A DNA stretch of 24,000 nt from Labilibaculum filiforme (lineage in GTDB: Bacteria > Bacteroidota > Bacteroidia > Bacteroidales > Marinifilaceae), in NCBI RefSeq assembly GCF_002843315.1, contig NZ_MVDD01000006.1, forward strand, positions 1 to 24,000, read 5' to 3'. The position numbers and the translations under genes were made by a program. The stretch's first letter is position 1; each line of letters starts with the position of its first letter. Below the pieces are notes generated by a model, which worked only from the letters and a program-made list of their open reading frames with translations, had not been told where the DNA came from and searched no databases. Shown here piece by piece: positions 16,189-24,000 of the stretch.

Positions 16189-16308
16189 AAAGACGGGATT
16201 AAAATTTGAAGAAGGCTGAAGATCTTCGAAAATTAAGACCAATTCATCCCCTATTCTTTGCAAACTGAGAAGAAACAGCTAATATTGAGAGGAAATTAAA
16301 AATTCATC

Positions 16309-16986
16309 ATGCCAATGCTATATCAACAACTTTCGCAATCGCCAGTTTTTAGAGGTATTTCTCCCGACGAAATGGAAAATTTGCTGATCGACTCTCAATA
16401 TCAAATCAAAAAATTCTCAAAAGGCGACATGCTCGCTTTTCGCGAGGATAAGTGCGAGAATCTGATGATTGTTTTAAAAGGAAGTGTGAAAGGTGAAATG
16501 CTCGATCCATCTGGAAAAAGCATTAAAATTGAAGACATTATGGCGCCCTACCCGATTGCTTCGGCTTTCTTGTTTGGTCAGCGAAATGAATTTCCGGTAA
16601 ACGTAACGGCAAACGAGGAGGTGGAAGTTTTCTATCTATCGAAAAACTCGGTAATCGAACTCTTTCAAAAAAATAAGGTATTTCTTACCAATTACCTAAA
16701 TTCCATATCCAACAGAAGTCAGTTTTTAGCCAACAAACTAATGTTTTTGAATTTTAAAACAATTAAAGGAAAGTTGGCGAACTATCTTTTAAAACTTGCC
16801 GCTCCTGATAAAACATTCATTACCTTACCAAAATCGCAGGCCGAAATGGCTAACTTTTTTGGCGTTACCCGCCCTTCGTTTGCTCGAAGCTTAAAGGAAA
16901 TGGAACAGGAAGGTTTAATTGAAATCAACAGAAGAGAAATAAAAATCCTAAATAGGCAAAAACTCATCCGACTTTTACAGCAATAG
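16309..16986 (+). CDS. Crp/Fnr-family transcriptional regulator
   Basis: It has a cNMP-binding-like N-terminal domain and a C-terminal HTH (SQAEMANFFGVTRPSFARSLKEMEQEGLI). It lacks the FNR-type N-terminal Cys cluster. Confidence 0.8.
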   Translation: MPMLYQQLSQSPVFRGISPDEMENLLIDSQYQIKKFSKGDMLAFREDKCENLMIVLKGSVKGEMLDPSGKSIKIEDIMAPYPIASAFLFGQRNEFPVNVTANEEVEVFYLSKNSVIELFQKNKVFLTNYLNSISNRSQFLANKLMFLNFKTIKGKLANYLLKLAAPDKTFITLPKSQAEMANFFGVTRPSFARSLKEMEQEGLIEINRREIKILNRQKLIRLLQQ

Positions 16987-17077
16987 GTAAGAAATGTGAA
17001 AGAAGATGCTGTAGAAGTATTTCCAAAATAAAAATATTCTTAATTTTGTGCACTGTAAACAAATTGTTCTGTTTTTT

Positions 17078-17091
17078 TTGATCTAAATCAG
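17078..17091. promoter_or_regulatory. FNR/CRP-type box TTGAT-CTAA-ATCAG
   Basis: It has one mismatch to the TTGAT-N4-ATCAA consensus and lies 97-110 bp upstream of the flavodiiron gene ATG. Confidence 0.45.
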
Positions 17092-17187
17092 AGCACATGA
17101 GATCTTAAATTCACATTCCTGCTCTAAATTAGTTGCAACAATGAGATAGAAAGGTCTGAAAATGCTAATTCGACAAAACTTTAAAGA

Positions 17188-18387
17188 ATGCACAATAAAA
17201 ACAACATTACTGACAAAATTTTCTGGGTAGGAACAAATGACCGAAGAACACAGTTATTTGAGAATTACTGGCCATTGCCAAAAGGCGTAGCTTACAATTC
17301 CTATGTTATTGTTGATGAAAAAATAGCCATTGTAGATACTGTTGAAAAAGGTACTATGGATGAGTATTTAGACAACATTAGCGAAGTATTGGATGGTCGC
17401 AAAGCAGATTATTTGATCATTAATCATATGGAACCAGATCATTCAGGATCTATTCGTTCTCTGGTAGAGCGATATCCTGACATGAAAATTGTTGGAAACA
17501 AGAAGACTTTTCCAATGCTGGAGCGTTTCTACGGAATTAAAGAAAACCTTCTTGAAGTTCAGGAAGGAGATCAGATTAATTTAGGTGCACACCAACTAAA
17601 TTTCTATATGGTTCCAATGTTACATTGGCCAGAAACCATGGTTACCTTCGAATCGACTAATGGCATTCTTTTTTCGGGAGATGCTTTTGGTGCTTTCGGA
17701 ACTTTGGATGGTGGTATTTTCGATGATGAATTGGATTTGGATTATTTAGATGAAGAAATTAGCCGCTACTATTCCAATATTGTTGGAAAATATGGTCGGC
17801 CAACTCAAAATGCACTGAAAAAATTAGCTGGATTTGATATTAAAATGATTTGTGCTACTCATGGTCCAATTTGGAGAAGTCATGTAGCCGATATTATTGC
17901 AAAATACGATAAGTGGAGTCAGTACAAAACCGATGAAGGTTGCGTAATTGTGTATTCTTCGATGTACGGAAATACCGAAAAAATGGCTGATAACATTGCT
18001 CGTCAGTTGGTTAAAAAAGGAATTAAGAAAGTTCGTATTCACGATTCTTCCAAAACACATCCATCTTATATCATCAACGATATTTTTAAATACCGCGGTG
18101 TAATTTTAGGTAGCTGTGCCTATAATGGTGATGTTTTCCCAACCATGGAGACAGTAATTAATGAATTAGAACACATTGCCATTAAAGATCACGTTTTGGG
18201 TGTATTTGGTTCCAAGTCGTGGGGCGGTGGCGGATTAAAACGCTTGAATAAATTTGCTGAAGATATTAAATGGGAAACTATTGAGGCAACACCAGAAGCG
18301 CTTTGTGCTCCTAATGCCGAAGATTTTGATCTTTGCGAAGCTTTGGCTGAAGGAATGGCAAGCCGTTTAAAAGAACTTTACAAATAG
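17188..18387 (+). CDS. Flavodiiron protein (metallo-beta-lactamase-like diiron domain + flavodoxin domain; O2/NO reductase)
   Basis: The diiron motif is HMEPDHSG, and the C-terminal flavodoxin-like segment is VIVYSSMYGNTEKMA. The length is typical of class A FDPs. Confidence 0.9.
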   Translation: MHNKNNITDKIFWVGTNDRRTQLFENYWPLPKGVAYNSYVIVDEKIAIVDTVEKGTMDEYLDNISEVLDGRKADYLIINHMEPDHSGSIRSLVERYPDMKIVGNKKTFPMLERFYGIKENLLEVQEGDQINLGAHQLNFYMVPMLHWPETMVTFESTNGILFSGDAFGAFGTLDGGIFDDELDLDYLDEEISRYYSNIVGKYGRPTQNALKKLAGFDIKMICATHGPIWRSHVADIIAKYDKWSQYKTDEGCVIVYSSMYGNTEKMADNIARQLVKKGIKKVRIHDSSKTHPSYIINDIFKYRGVILGSCAYNGDVFPTMETVINELEHIAIKDHVLGVFGSKSWGGGGLKRLNKFAEDIKWETIEATPEALCAPNAEDFDLCEALAEGMASRLKELYK

Positions 18388-18410
18388 AAAATTAGTACTC
18401 GATATATTGG

Positions 18411-18439
18411 ACTCCTCCACTTTTGGGGGAGTTTTTTTG
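18411..18439 (+). terminator. Rho-independent terminator of the flavodiiron gene
   Basis: ACTCCTCC-ACTTTT-GGGGGAGT is followed by TTTTTTT. Confidence 0.75.
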
Positions 18440-19012
18440 TGTTTGAAACAAAGGATCATTGTTGACGGTTAAAACATATTTATCCCCTACTGGGAAGGAT
18501 ACCAATTGCACCTTATTTTATAATCTGCTCAAATGTAGAATTCGAAATTGAGACCGGGACCCGTATAGTGAAGAATGCGTTAAAAACAAAAAGCTGTTTG
18601 AACGCAGCGAGTAGCATTCGAACTAGTAACGGGTGGTTGAGGACGTTTTCGATGATTTTTTGTCTACTTTTTCATCCAAAGTACCGAACGAAGAAAGATC
18701 ATGAATACCTGTTAAAATTAAGAATGAATCAAAAGTAGAAGCCCGTCTGGCTTGAAGACAAAACATAAAGCCTGAGAAAAGCAAGCTTTAAAATATCGAT
18801 TTTGCAAGTTGATACGATAAAAATGATACAACCCACCTATTTATATAGCATTCAAATACCATCAAGTGGATTAAAAAATAATTTCTAATTGTGTTGATTA
18901 ATAATCGATTGATTATTCTCTCAATTTAATCAGAATAATATTATGGTGCTCAGCACCTATTTTACGTCTATGCAAGCTTGCTACAAATATCTCGGTACTC
19001 GGTACCTTTCCA

Positions 19013-19630
19013 TTAAAATACAATCCCTAATTGCAGGCGAATAAAATCATAATTATCCGAAAAGTTTGCACTAAAACCAATATTACCACTAATATCGGGT
19101 CCCATTTCCCATCTTATTCCACAGGAAGGAACAAACCAAGCATTATAATTCAATTTCCGATCATCATTACAATTGGAATAATAGAAATCATCTTCATCTT
19201 CCGAAAGAATAATAGCTAATGCCAAAGATATTAAATCGGTTCCTGCACCAAAATAGGGTTTTACTTTTCCGTCACCTAAAAATATTTTGGCATGAATGAG
19301 CCATAAAAAATTAGTCTTTTCAAAATTCAAATCACCAGCATCACCATTATCAAGGTAATCTCGCCAAGAGGTAACGGTAAATTCAGTACCGAAATACAAA
19401 TTATTCGAATTTACACCCAAATCTAAACTAAAAGCAGTCCCCGATTTTGCAAAATATTTTGCCTTTCCGAGCGTCCATGCAGTACCAAAATTAAAACCTA
19501 TCTCAAAACTATCTTTTCGGTCGATATTAATCTCATTTTTCTCAACTGGCTTTGCATAGGTATATTGCGCGACAGAATAGTTGGCAAAAAAACTAAAGCT
19601 TATTACTAAAAAAAGAAGTTTATTTTTCAT
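19013..19630 (-). CDS. Outer-membrane beta-barrel protein (small porin/OmpW-like class)
   Basis: The signal peptide is MKNKLLFLVISFSFFANYSVAQ. The sequence has alternating amphipathic beta-strand patterns and a terminal aromatic residue (..LQLGIVF). Confidence 0.65.
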   Translation of the reverse strand: MKNKLLFLVISFSFFANYSVAQYTYAKPVEKNEINIDRKDSFEIGFNFGTAWTLGKAKYFAKSGTAFSLDLGVNSNNLYFGTEFTVTSWRDYLDNGDAGDLNFEKTNFLWLIHAKIFLGDGKVKPYFGAGTDLISLALAIILSEDEDDFYYSNCNDDRKLNYNAWFVPSCGIRWEMGPDISGNIGFSANFSDNYDFIRLQLGIVF

Positions 19631-19718
19631 GATTGACCTTTTATGAATCTATTTCATAAATAGGACAACTAATTACCTCCGTTCACTTAAGCAACTCACT
19701 ATTATTTTATCAGAAACG

Positions 19719-19751
19719 AAAAATGGCCATCCCGTTTAAAACGAGATGGCC
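19719..19751 (-). terminator. Rho-independent terminator of the aminotransferase gene
   Basis: On the minus strand GGCCATCTCGTTT / AAACGGGATGGCC form a 13-bp stem with 1 mismatch, followed by ATTTTT. Confidence 0.7.
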
Positions 19752-19775
19752 TTTCCAATATATTATTTTGATAGA

Positions 19776-20969
19776 TTACTTCAACTTCTCAACCGATGCT
19801 TTAATTCTGCGAATAGCATCCGCCATTTGCTCTTCGCTGGTAGCATACGATAATCGCAAACATTCAGGAGAACCAAATGCCTCACCTGTAACGGTAGCCA
19901 CATTAGCATCTTCCAACAAATACAAACTTAAATCGGTAGAATTGTTAATGGTATAAGTTCCATTTGCTTTCCCAAATAGTTGAGAAACTTTAGGAAATAG
20001 ATAGAATGCACCGTTTGGCTCACGAGTTTCGAAACCTGCCACTTCGCGTAACTGAGCTAAAGCCAAATCTCTTCGTTTGTGAAAAGCTTCTCTCATGGCT
20101 ACAGTAGTCGATTGATCTCCTTCTAAAGCTGCTACAGAAGCAATTTGTGCAATAGAAGATGCTCCAGATGTCATTTGACCTTGTAACTTATTACATGCTT
20201 TTGCAATCCAAAGCGGAGCTGCAATGTAACCAATTCTCCAACCTGTCATAGCGTAACCTTTCGAAACGCCGTTAATCACAACTACCTTATCAAAAATGTC
20301 GGCAAACTGCGCAATACTTTCATGAGCCCCAACATAATTGATGTGCTCATAAATTTCATCCGAAAGAATCGTAATATCAGGATATTTTGCAAAAACATCC
20401 GCCAAGGCTCTTAATTCCTCTTTTGAATATAAACTTCCCGTTGGATTACTTGGCGAACTAAATAAAAAAGCCTTTGTTTTTGGTGTTATTGCAGCTTCTA
20501 ACTGTGCTGGAGTAATTTTAAAATCCTGCTCAATAGGCGCGTAAACAAAAACATTAATTCCGTTAGCTAACTTTACAATTTCGCTATAGCTTACCCAATA
20601 TGGCGAAGGAATAATAACCTCATCTCCATCGTTTATAATACTCAGAATAACATTGGTGATAGATTGCTTAGCTCCATTCGAAACTACAATTTGATCGACA
20701 GTATACTCCAAATTATTTTCACGTTTCAGCTTATTAACTACTGCCTGACGCAACTCAATATACCCCGGAACTGGCGAATAATGAGAATAATTATCATCAA
20801 TGGCTTTTTTTGCTGCCTTTTTTATGTGATCTGGAGTATCAAAATCAGGTTCACCTACACTCAGATTGATAACATCAATCCCCTGAGCTTTCATTTCTCT
20901 ACTTTTTTGAGACATAGCAAGAGTTGGAGACACTTCCATTCCTGCAATTCGATCCGAAACTTTCAACAT
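19776..20969 (-). CDS. Class I pyridoxal-phosphate-dependent aminotransferase (aspartate aminotransferase-like)
   Basis: Contains SPSNPTGSLY and the PLP-lysine motif SKGYAMTGWRIGY. It shows full-length similarity to AspAT-type enzymes. Confidence 0.9.
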   Translation of the reverse strand: MLKVSDRIAGMEVSPTLAMSQKSREMKAQGIDVINLSVGEPDFDTPDHIKKAAKKAIDDNYSHYSPVPGYIELRQAVVNKLKRENNLEYTVDQIVVSNGAKQSITNVILSIINDGDEVIIPSPYWVSYSEIVKLANGINVFVYAPIEQDFKITPAQLEAAITPKTKAFLFSSPSNPTGSLYSKEELRALADVFAKYPDITILSDEIYEHINYVGAHESIAQFADIFDKVVVINGVSKGYAMTGWRIGYIAAPLWIAKACNKLQGQMTSGASSIAQIASVAALEGDQSTTVAMREAFHKRRDLALAQLREVAGFETREPNGAFYLFPKVSQLFGKANGTYTINNSTDLSLYLLEDANVATVTGEAFGSPECLRLSYATSEEQMADAIRRIKASVEKLK

Positions 20970-21155
20970 TGTTAATTAATTTAGGGATTTAGTAAATTGC
21001 TTAATACATTTGTGTTTGTTGTTTTTTCCCCCTGATAAACAAAATAAACGGTGTGATTAGTTTATCTTCGAATTATCAATTCAGTGGATAAAGATACAGT
21101 TTTTAAATACATAGGAAATCCATAAACATCGAAAAATCTAAAGAAACTATTTAAA

Positions 21156-21680
21156 ATGAAAGACATTTTTGAAATTAGTAAGTATATCCTGCCTTCGTTG
21201 GTAGTTTTTGCAACAGCTTATTTGTTAATTAAACAGTTTTTAAAACACGAGGAACGTAAAATAAAACATCAAATTTTATTGAAGAACCAAAAACAAATAA
21301 CTCCAATAAGACTGCAAGCTTGTGAGCGATTAATTATTTTTCTGGAACGAATTCATCCCGAATCATTAATTATTCGAGAAAACACCAACAAATTAAGCAG
21401 TTTAGATTTGCAGCAAAAATTAATTCTTGCCATTCGAAACGAATACGAACACAATCTTGCTCAACAATTATATGTTACCGATGAATCGTGGTTATTGCTA
21501 AAAAATGCCAAAGAAAATACCATCCGATTAATTAATACCGAAGCAGCACAAATAGCTGGCACCGATTCCTCCATTGCTTTATGCAAAGCAATTATCGAAT
21601 CGCACATGCAACAACAAAAACCTGCTATCTCCGTCGCAATTTCAGCATTAAAGAAAGAAATTCAGCAAATCTGGAATTAA
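21156..21680 (+). CDS. Hypothetical membrane-anchored protein (174 aa)
   Basis: It has a single N-terminal TM segment (ILPSLVVFATAYLLIKQFL). The rest is helical with no recognised motif. Confidence 0.55.
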   Translation: MKDIFEISKYILPSLVVFATAYLLIKQFLKHEERKIKHQILLKNQKQITPIRLQACERLIIFLERIHPESLIIRENTNKLSSLDLQQKLILAIRNEYEHNLAQQLYVTDESWLLLKNAKENTIRLINTEAAQIAGTDSSIALCKAIIESHMQQQKPAISVAISALKKEIQQIWN

Positions 21681-21784
21681 TACGAAGCACTGAATAGTCA
21701 TCCAAATAAGGAGGATAAACAAGGAAAGCACTTTAATGTCGGTTTATTTGCCTATTTTTGCACAAATTTTCAAATACCATAGTA

Positions 21785-23113
21785 ATGATTTCATTTGACG
21801 ACATCAAATTAAGCAAACAAATTAGAATGGCGCTTGACGAGGCGGGATTCGAGAAACCAACAGAAATACAAGAGAAAGTATTTTCCCCTATTCGTGCAGG
21901 TAAAGATGTAATTGGGATTGCCCAAACAGGTACAGGTAAAACCTTGGCCTATTTGATGCCGATTTTGATGAAGCTAAACTATGCCCAAGGATTCGATCCA
22001 AGAGCCTTAATTATTGTGCCAACCCGTGAGTTGGTATTGCAGGTAATTGAGACTATTGAACTACTTACTCCTTTCATAAACATTAGAGCCGTTGGAATTT
22101 ACGGTGGAGTAAATATCAATACACAAAAAGAAAAACTGTACGAAGGAATTGATATTATTGTAGCAACACCAGGTCGTTTAATGGATATTTACATGACTAG
22201 AATCCTTAAATTTACACTAATTAAAACCCTTGTTGTTGATGAGGCCGATAAATTAATGGATTTGGGTTTTATGCCTCAGCTAAAAGCAATTTTCGAAATT
22301 ATTCCAGAGGTGCATCAAAACCTTCTATTCTCAGCAACATTTTCGGATACTATTGCTCAATTAGCCGACGATTTTCTTATTAGTCCAGAACGTGTTGAGG
22401 TTGCTCCTCAGGCTTCTACAGTTGAAAACATTCATCAAATTCAATATCAGGTCCCTAATATTTTAAGTAAAATCGCACTTTTAAAGCACCTTTTAGAGGA
22501 TAAAGAGGTATTTAAAAAAGTGATGATATTTACCGAGACTAAAAAGAATGCAGATAGAATTGTTGACCGTTTGGAAGATTTCCTAGGCGAAGACTTAAGT
22601 GTAATTCACTCGAACAAAGCACAAAATACAAGGATTAAAGCTTTAAATAACTTTAAAGATGGAACTTCAAGAGTATTAGTTGCTTCGGATGTTGCCGCCC
22701 GTGGTATCGATATCGAAAATGTTAGCCACGTTATTAACTTCGATATTCCTTCGGACTACGTAGAATACGTTCACCGTGTTGGTCGTACCGGTCGTGCCGA
22801 GAAAGAAGGTACCGCTATTAGTTTTGTAAATGCCGCCGAGGAAGAATTAATGGTAAAAGTAGAAGCCTTAATTAAGAAACCAATCGAAATTGGAGCGGTT
22901 CCTATCGAAGTTGTTTTTACCAGCCAACTACTTGAGGATGAAAAAATTCAAACTCGAAATATTAAAATAAAAAATACCATTCGCTTAGACTTATCCAGTG
23001 GTGCCTTTCATAAAAAAGCTGCAAAAAACATGAAAACCCCATCGGGTTCCAAAGGCAGACAAAAGGGTATTGAGAATAAGAAACGAAATCGTAAAAAGAA
23101 ATCGAAGAAATAG
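21785..23113 (+). CDS. DEAD-box ATP-dependent RNA helicase with basic C-terminal tail
   Basis: Helicase motifs present: AQTGTGKT, PTRELV, VDEAD, SAT and HRVGRTGRA. The tail is Lys/Arg-rich. I place the start at ATG 21785 rather than the TTG at 21758. Confidence 0.9.
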   Translation: MISFDDIKLSKQIRMALDEAGFEKPTEIQEKVFSPIRAGKDVIGIAQTGTGKTLAYLMPILMKLNYAQGFDPRALIIVPTRELVLQVIETIELLTPFINIRAVGIYGGVNINTQKEKLYEGIDIIVATPGRLMDIYMTRILKFTLIKTLVVDEADKLMDLGFMPQLKAIFEIIPEVHQNLLFSATFSDTIAQLADDFLISPERVEVAPQASTVENIHQIQYQVPNILSKIALLKHLLEDKEVFKKVMIFTETKKNADRIVDRLEDFLGEDLSVIHSNKAQNTRIKALNNFKDGTSRVLVASDVAARGIDIENVSHVINFDIPSDYVEYVHRVGRTGRAEKEGTAISFVNAAEEELMVKVEALIKKPIEIGAVPIEVVFTSQLLEDEKIQTRNIKIKNTIRLDLSSGAFHKKAAKNMKTPSGSKGRQKGIENKKRNRKKKSKK

Positions 23114-23151
23114 TAAATATCACTCCACTAGTTGGTAAGCTAGAATTATTT

Positions 23152-23187
23152 ATGCCGTTTCATTCAGTTGGAACGGCATTTTTTTTA
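23152..23187 (+). terminator. Rho-independent terminator of the helicase gene
   Basis: ATGCCGTT..(loop)..AACGGCAT (23152-23179) is followed by TTTTTTTT. Confidence 0.8.
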
Positions 23188-23777
23188 GGGCGTGTCCCTC
23201 ACTTCTTCGGGTCAGGCTTTTCACTGCAACTCCTCGCCTGATTGCTTTCGTGTTTTATATCAAAAGCCACACAGCGCTACCACTTATTTCCTCTCTCAAA
23301 TTTTGAAGCCAGGCTGTGGGGTTTTCGCTACAATCCTTCACGCTGCATCCTTGAGTATTTATGCCCCTTTTTATGATAAAACTCTAGCCTATTTACAATC
23401 TTTTTTCGCTTAAGGCAATAGTTTTTTTATGGTTCAACAGCCTAAGTTATTATAGTATTACGATAATTTCTTATAGGATTAAAAACACACAATTAAACCA
23501 AACAACAGGAAACTAAAATGCCAATATATCAGAACAATACACACATACATCCTAATAGAATATTTTGCACAAAAGACTTATTGTGTGGTAAAATACACAC
23601 TTTAATGTGCTTATTGTAAATTGTTATATAAAGTAGAATACTTATCTTAGAAACTTTATTTTTGTAATCCTTTTTCATTTAACTACTAATTAGTAGGCAA
23701 GCGAAACTATTTTTACAAAAATTTAACCATAAACAAAGTCGATTACTCGCTATTCTTAGTTTAAATAGAAAAGTATT

Positions 23778-23999
23778 ATGGCAGGAAAACCAATTGCAAC
23801 AGTAGGTAGTATGCACGTTTGTCCGATGTGCAGTGGACTTGTGCCCCATGTAGGTGGACCAATAGCAGGTCCCGGAGCACCCAATGTATTAATTAACGGA
23901 AAACCCGCTGCTCTTATGGGCGATATGTGTGTTTGCGTTGGCCCGCCCGATGTGGTCGCTCAAGGAAATCCATCCGTTTTAATTAATGGCGTACCCGTT
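23778..23999 (+). CDS. PAAR-domain protein, 5' part (runs off the right window edge)
   Basis: From ATG 23778 the translation is MAGKPIATVGSMHVCPMCSGLVPHVGGPIAGPGAPNVLINGKPAALMGDMCVCVGPPDVVAQGNPSVLINGVPV.., open to the window end. The repeated LINGxPAA-type motifs and the MHVCP / CVGPPD pattern are typical of PAAR spike-tip proteins. It is not in the ORF track because no stop falls in the window. Confidence 0.75.
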   Translation, partial: MAGKPIATVGSMHVCPMCSGLVPHVGGPIAGPGAPNVLINGKPAALMGDMCVCVGPPDVVAQGNPSVLINGVPV

Positions 24000-24000
24000 G

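Noticed and set aside
16218-16227. The 10-bp perfect palindrome GAAGATCTTC upstream of the Crp/Fnr gene, considered as an autoregulatory operator or terminator.
   Set aside because: It has no spacer and no resemblance to either Crp/Fnr-type box in the window. It cannot form a hairpin with a loop, and no T run follows it. A 10-bp palindrome alone is insufficient evidence.
1856-20975. Antisense or overlapping track ORFs: 1856-2092, 4018-4203, 4251-4463, 4787-5002, 4795-5085, 5397-5579, 6214-6501, 6903-7154, 8482-8724, 8586-8792, 10313-10660, 11053-11241, 11563-11841, 11722-11916, 12029-12220, 12728-12955, 13712-13894, 14498-14719, 14712-15113, 15594-16007, 16782-16967, 17824-18060, 19031-19219, 19723-19956, 20664-20975.
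   Set aside because: Each lies inside, mostly antisense to, or otherwise overlapping a longer ORF with clear family motifs. Their sequences are low-complexity or hydrophobic shadow translations.
23192-23413. The 73-aa ORF after the helicase terminator.
   Set aside because: It is composed of the GC-rich repeat block and has a Ser/Cys/His/Pro-rich, low-plausibility sequence. The start follows directly after a terminator with no translation signals. I treat it as a non-coding element.

Overview
This window looks like a Bacteroidota chromosome segment. That placement is an inference from a T9SS type-B C-terminal sorting domain, a PAAR gene and the near absence of Shine-Dalgarno sequences. I support 21 protein-coding genes plus one partial ORF at the left edge. 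I recognise no rRNA, tRNA, CRISPR array, transposase or integrase.

The left ~4.7 kb is visibly AT-richer than the rest and looks accessory. It contains:
- a 770-aa fusion of an N-terminal PHP phosphoesterase domain to an ABC/SMC-type ATPase with a long helical insertion (526-2838, minus strand);
- a very acidic 75-aa ORF (296-523) whose start lies 2 nt after the fusion gene's stop;
- two imperfect palindromic elements sharing TGCCCTAAC / GTTAGGGCA termini that bracket this two-gene cassette;
- a striking array of ~16 tandem 41-bp repeats (3070-3715);
- an unassigned 246-aa helical protein (3923-4663).

This cassette, the array and their boundaries are my best candidate for an undescribed defence-like or mobile system.

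The rest of the window contains:
- maa, DUF1349-like, HD-hydrolase and GPP34-like genes;
- a four-gene minus-strand operon (7558-11332) encoding a cytoplasmic DUF1858-like/solute-binding-fold protein, a HypB/UreG-like G3E P-loop protein, a permease-less ABC ATPase and a small Zn-ribbon protein, with a perfect TGTAAC-N4-GTTACA palindrome upstream and GC-rich hairpin repeats between its cistrons;
- a T9SS repeat adhesin followed by an ABC-2 exporter pair;
- a Crp/Fnr regulator next to a flavodiiron protein that has an FNR-type box upstream;
- an outer-membrane beta-barrel protein, a class I aminotransferase, a membrane-anchored hypothetical and a DEAD-box helicase;
- a PAAR gene that starts at 23778 and runs off the right edge.

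All functional calls come from reading motifs by eye. No database search was run.
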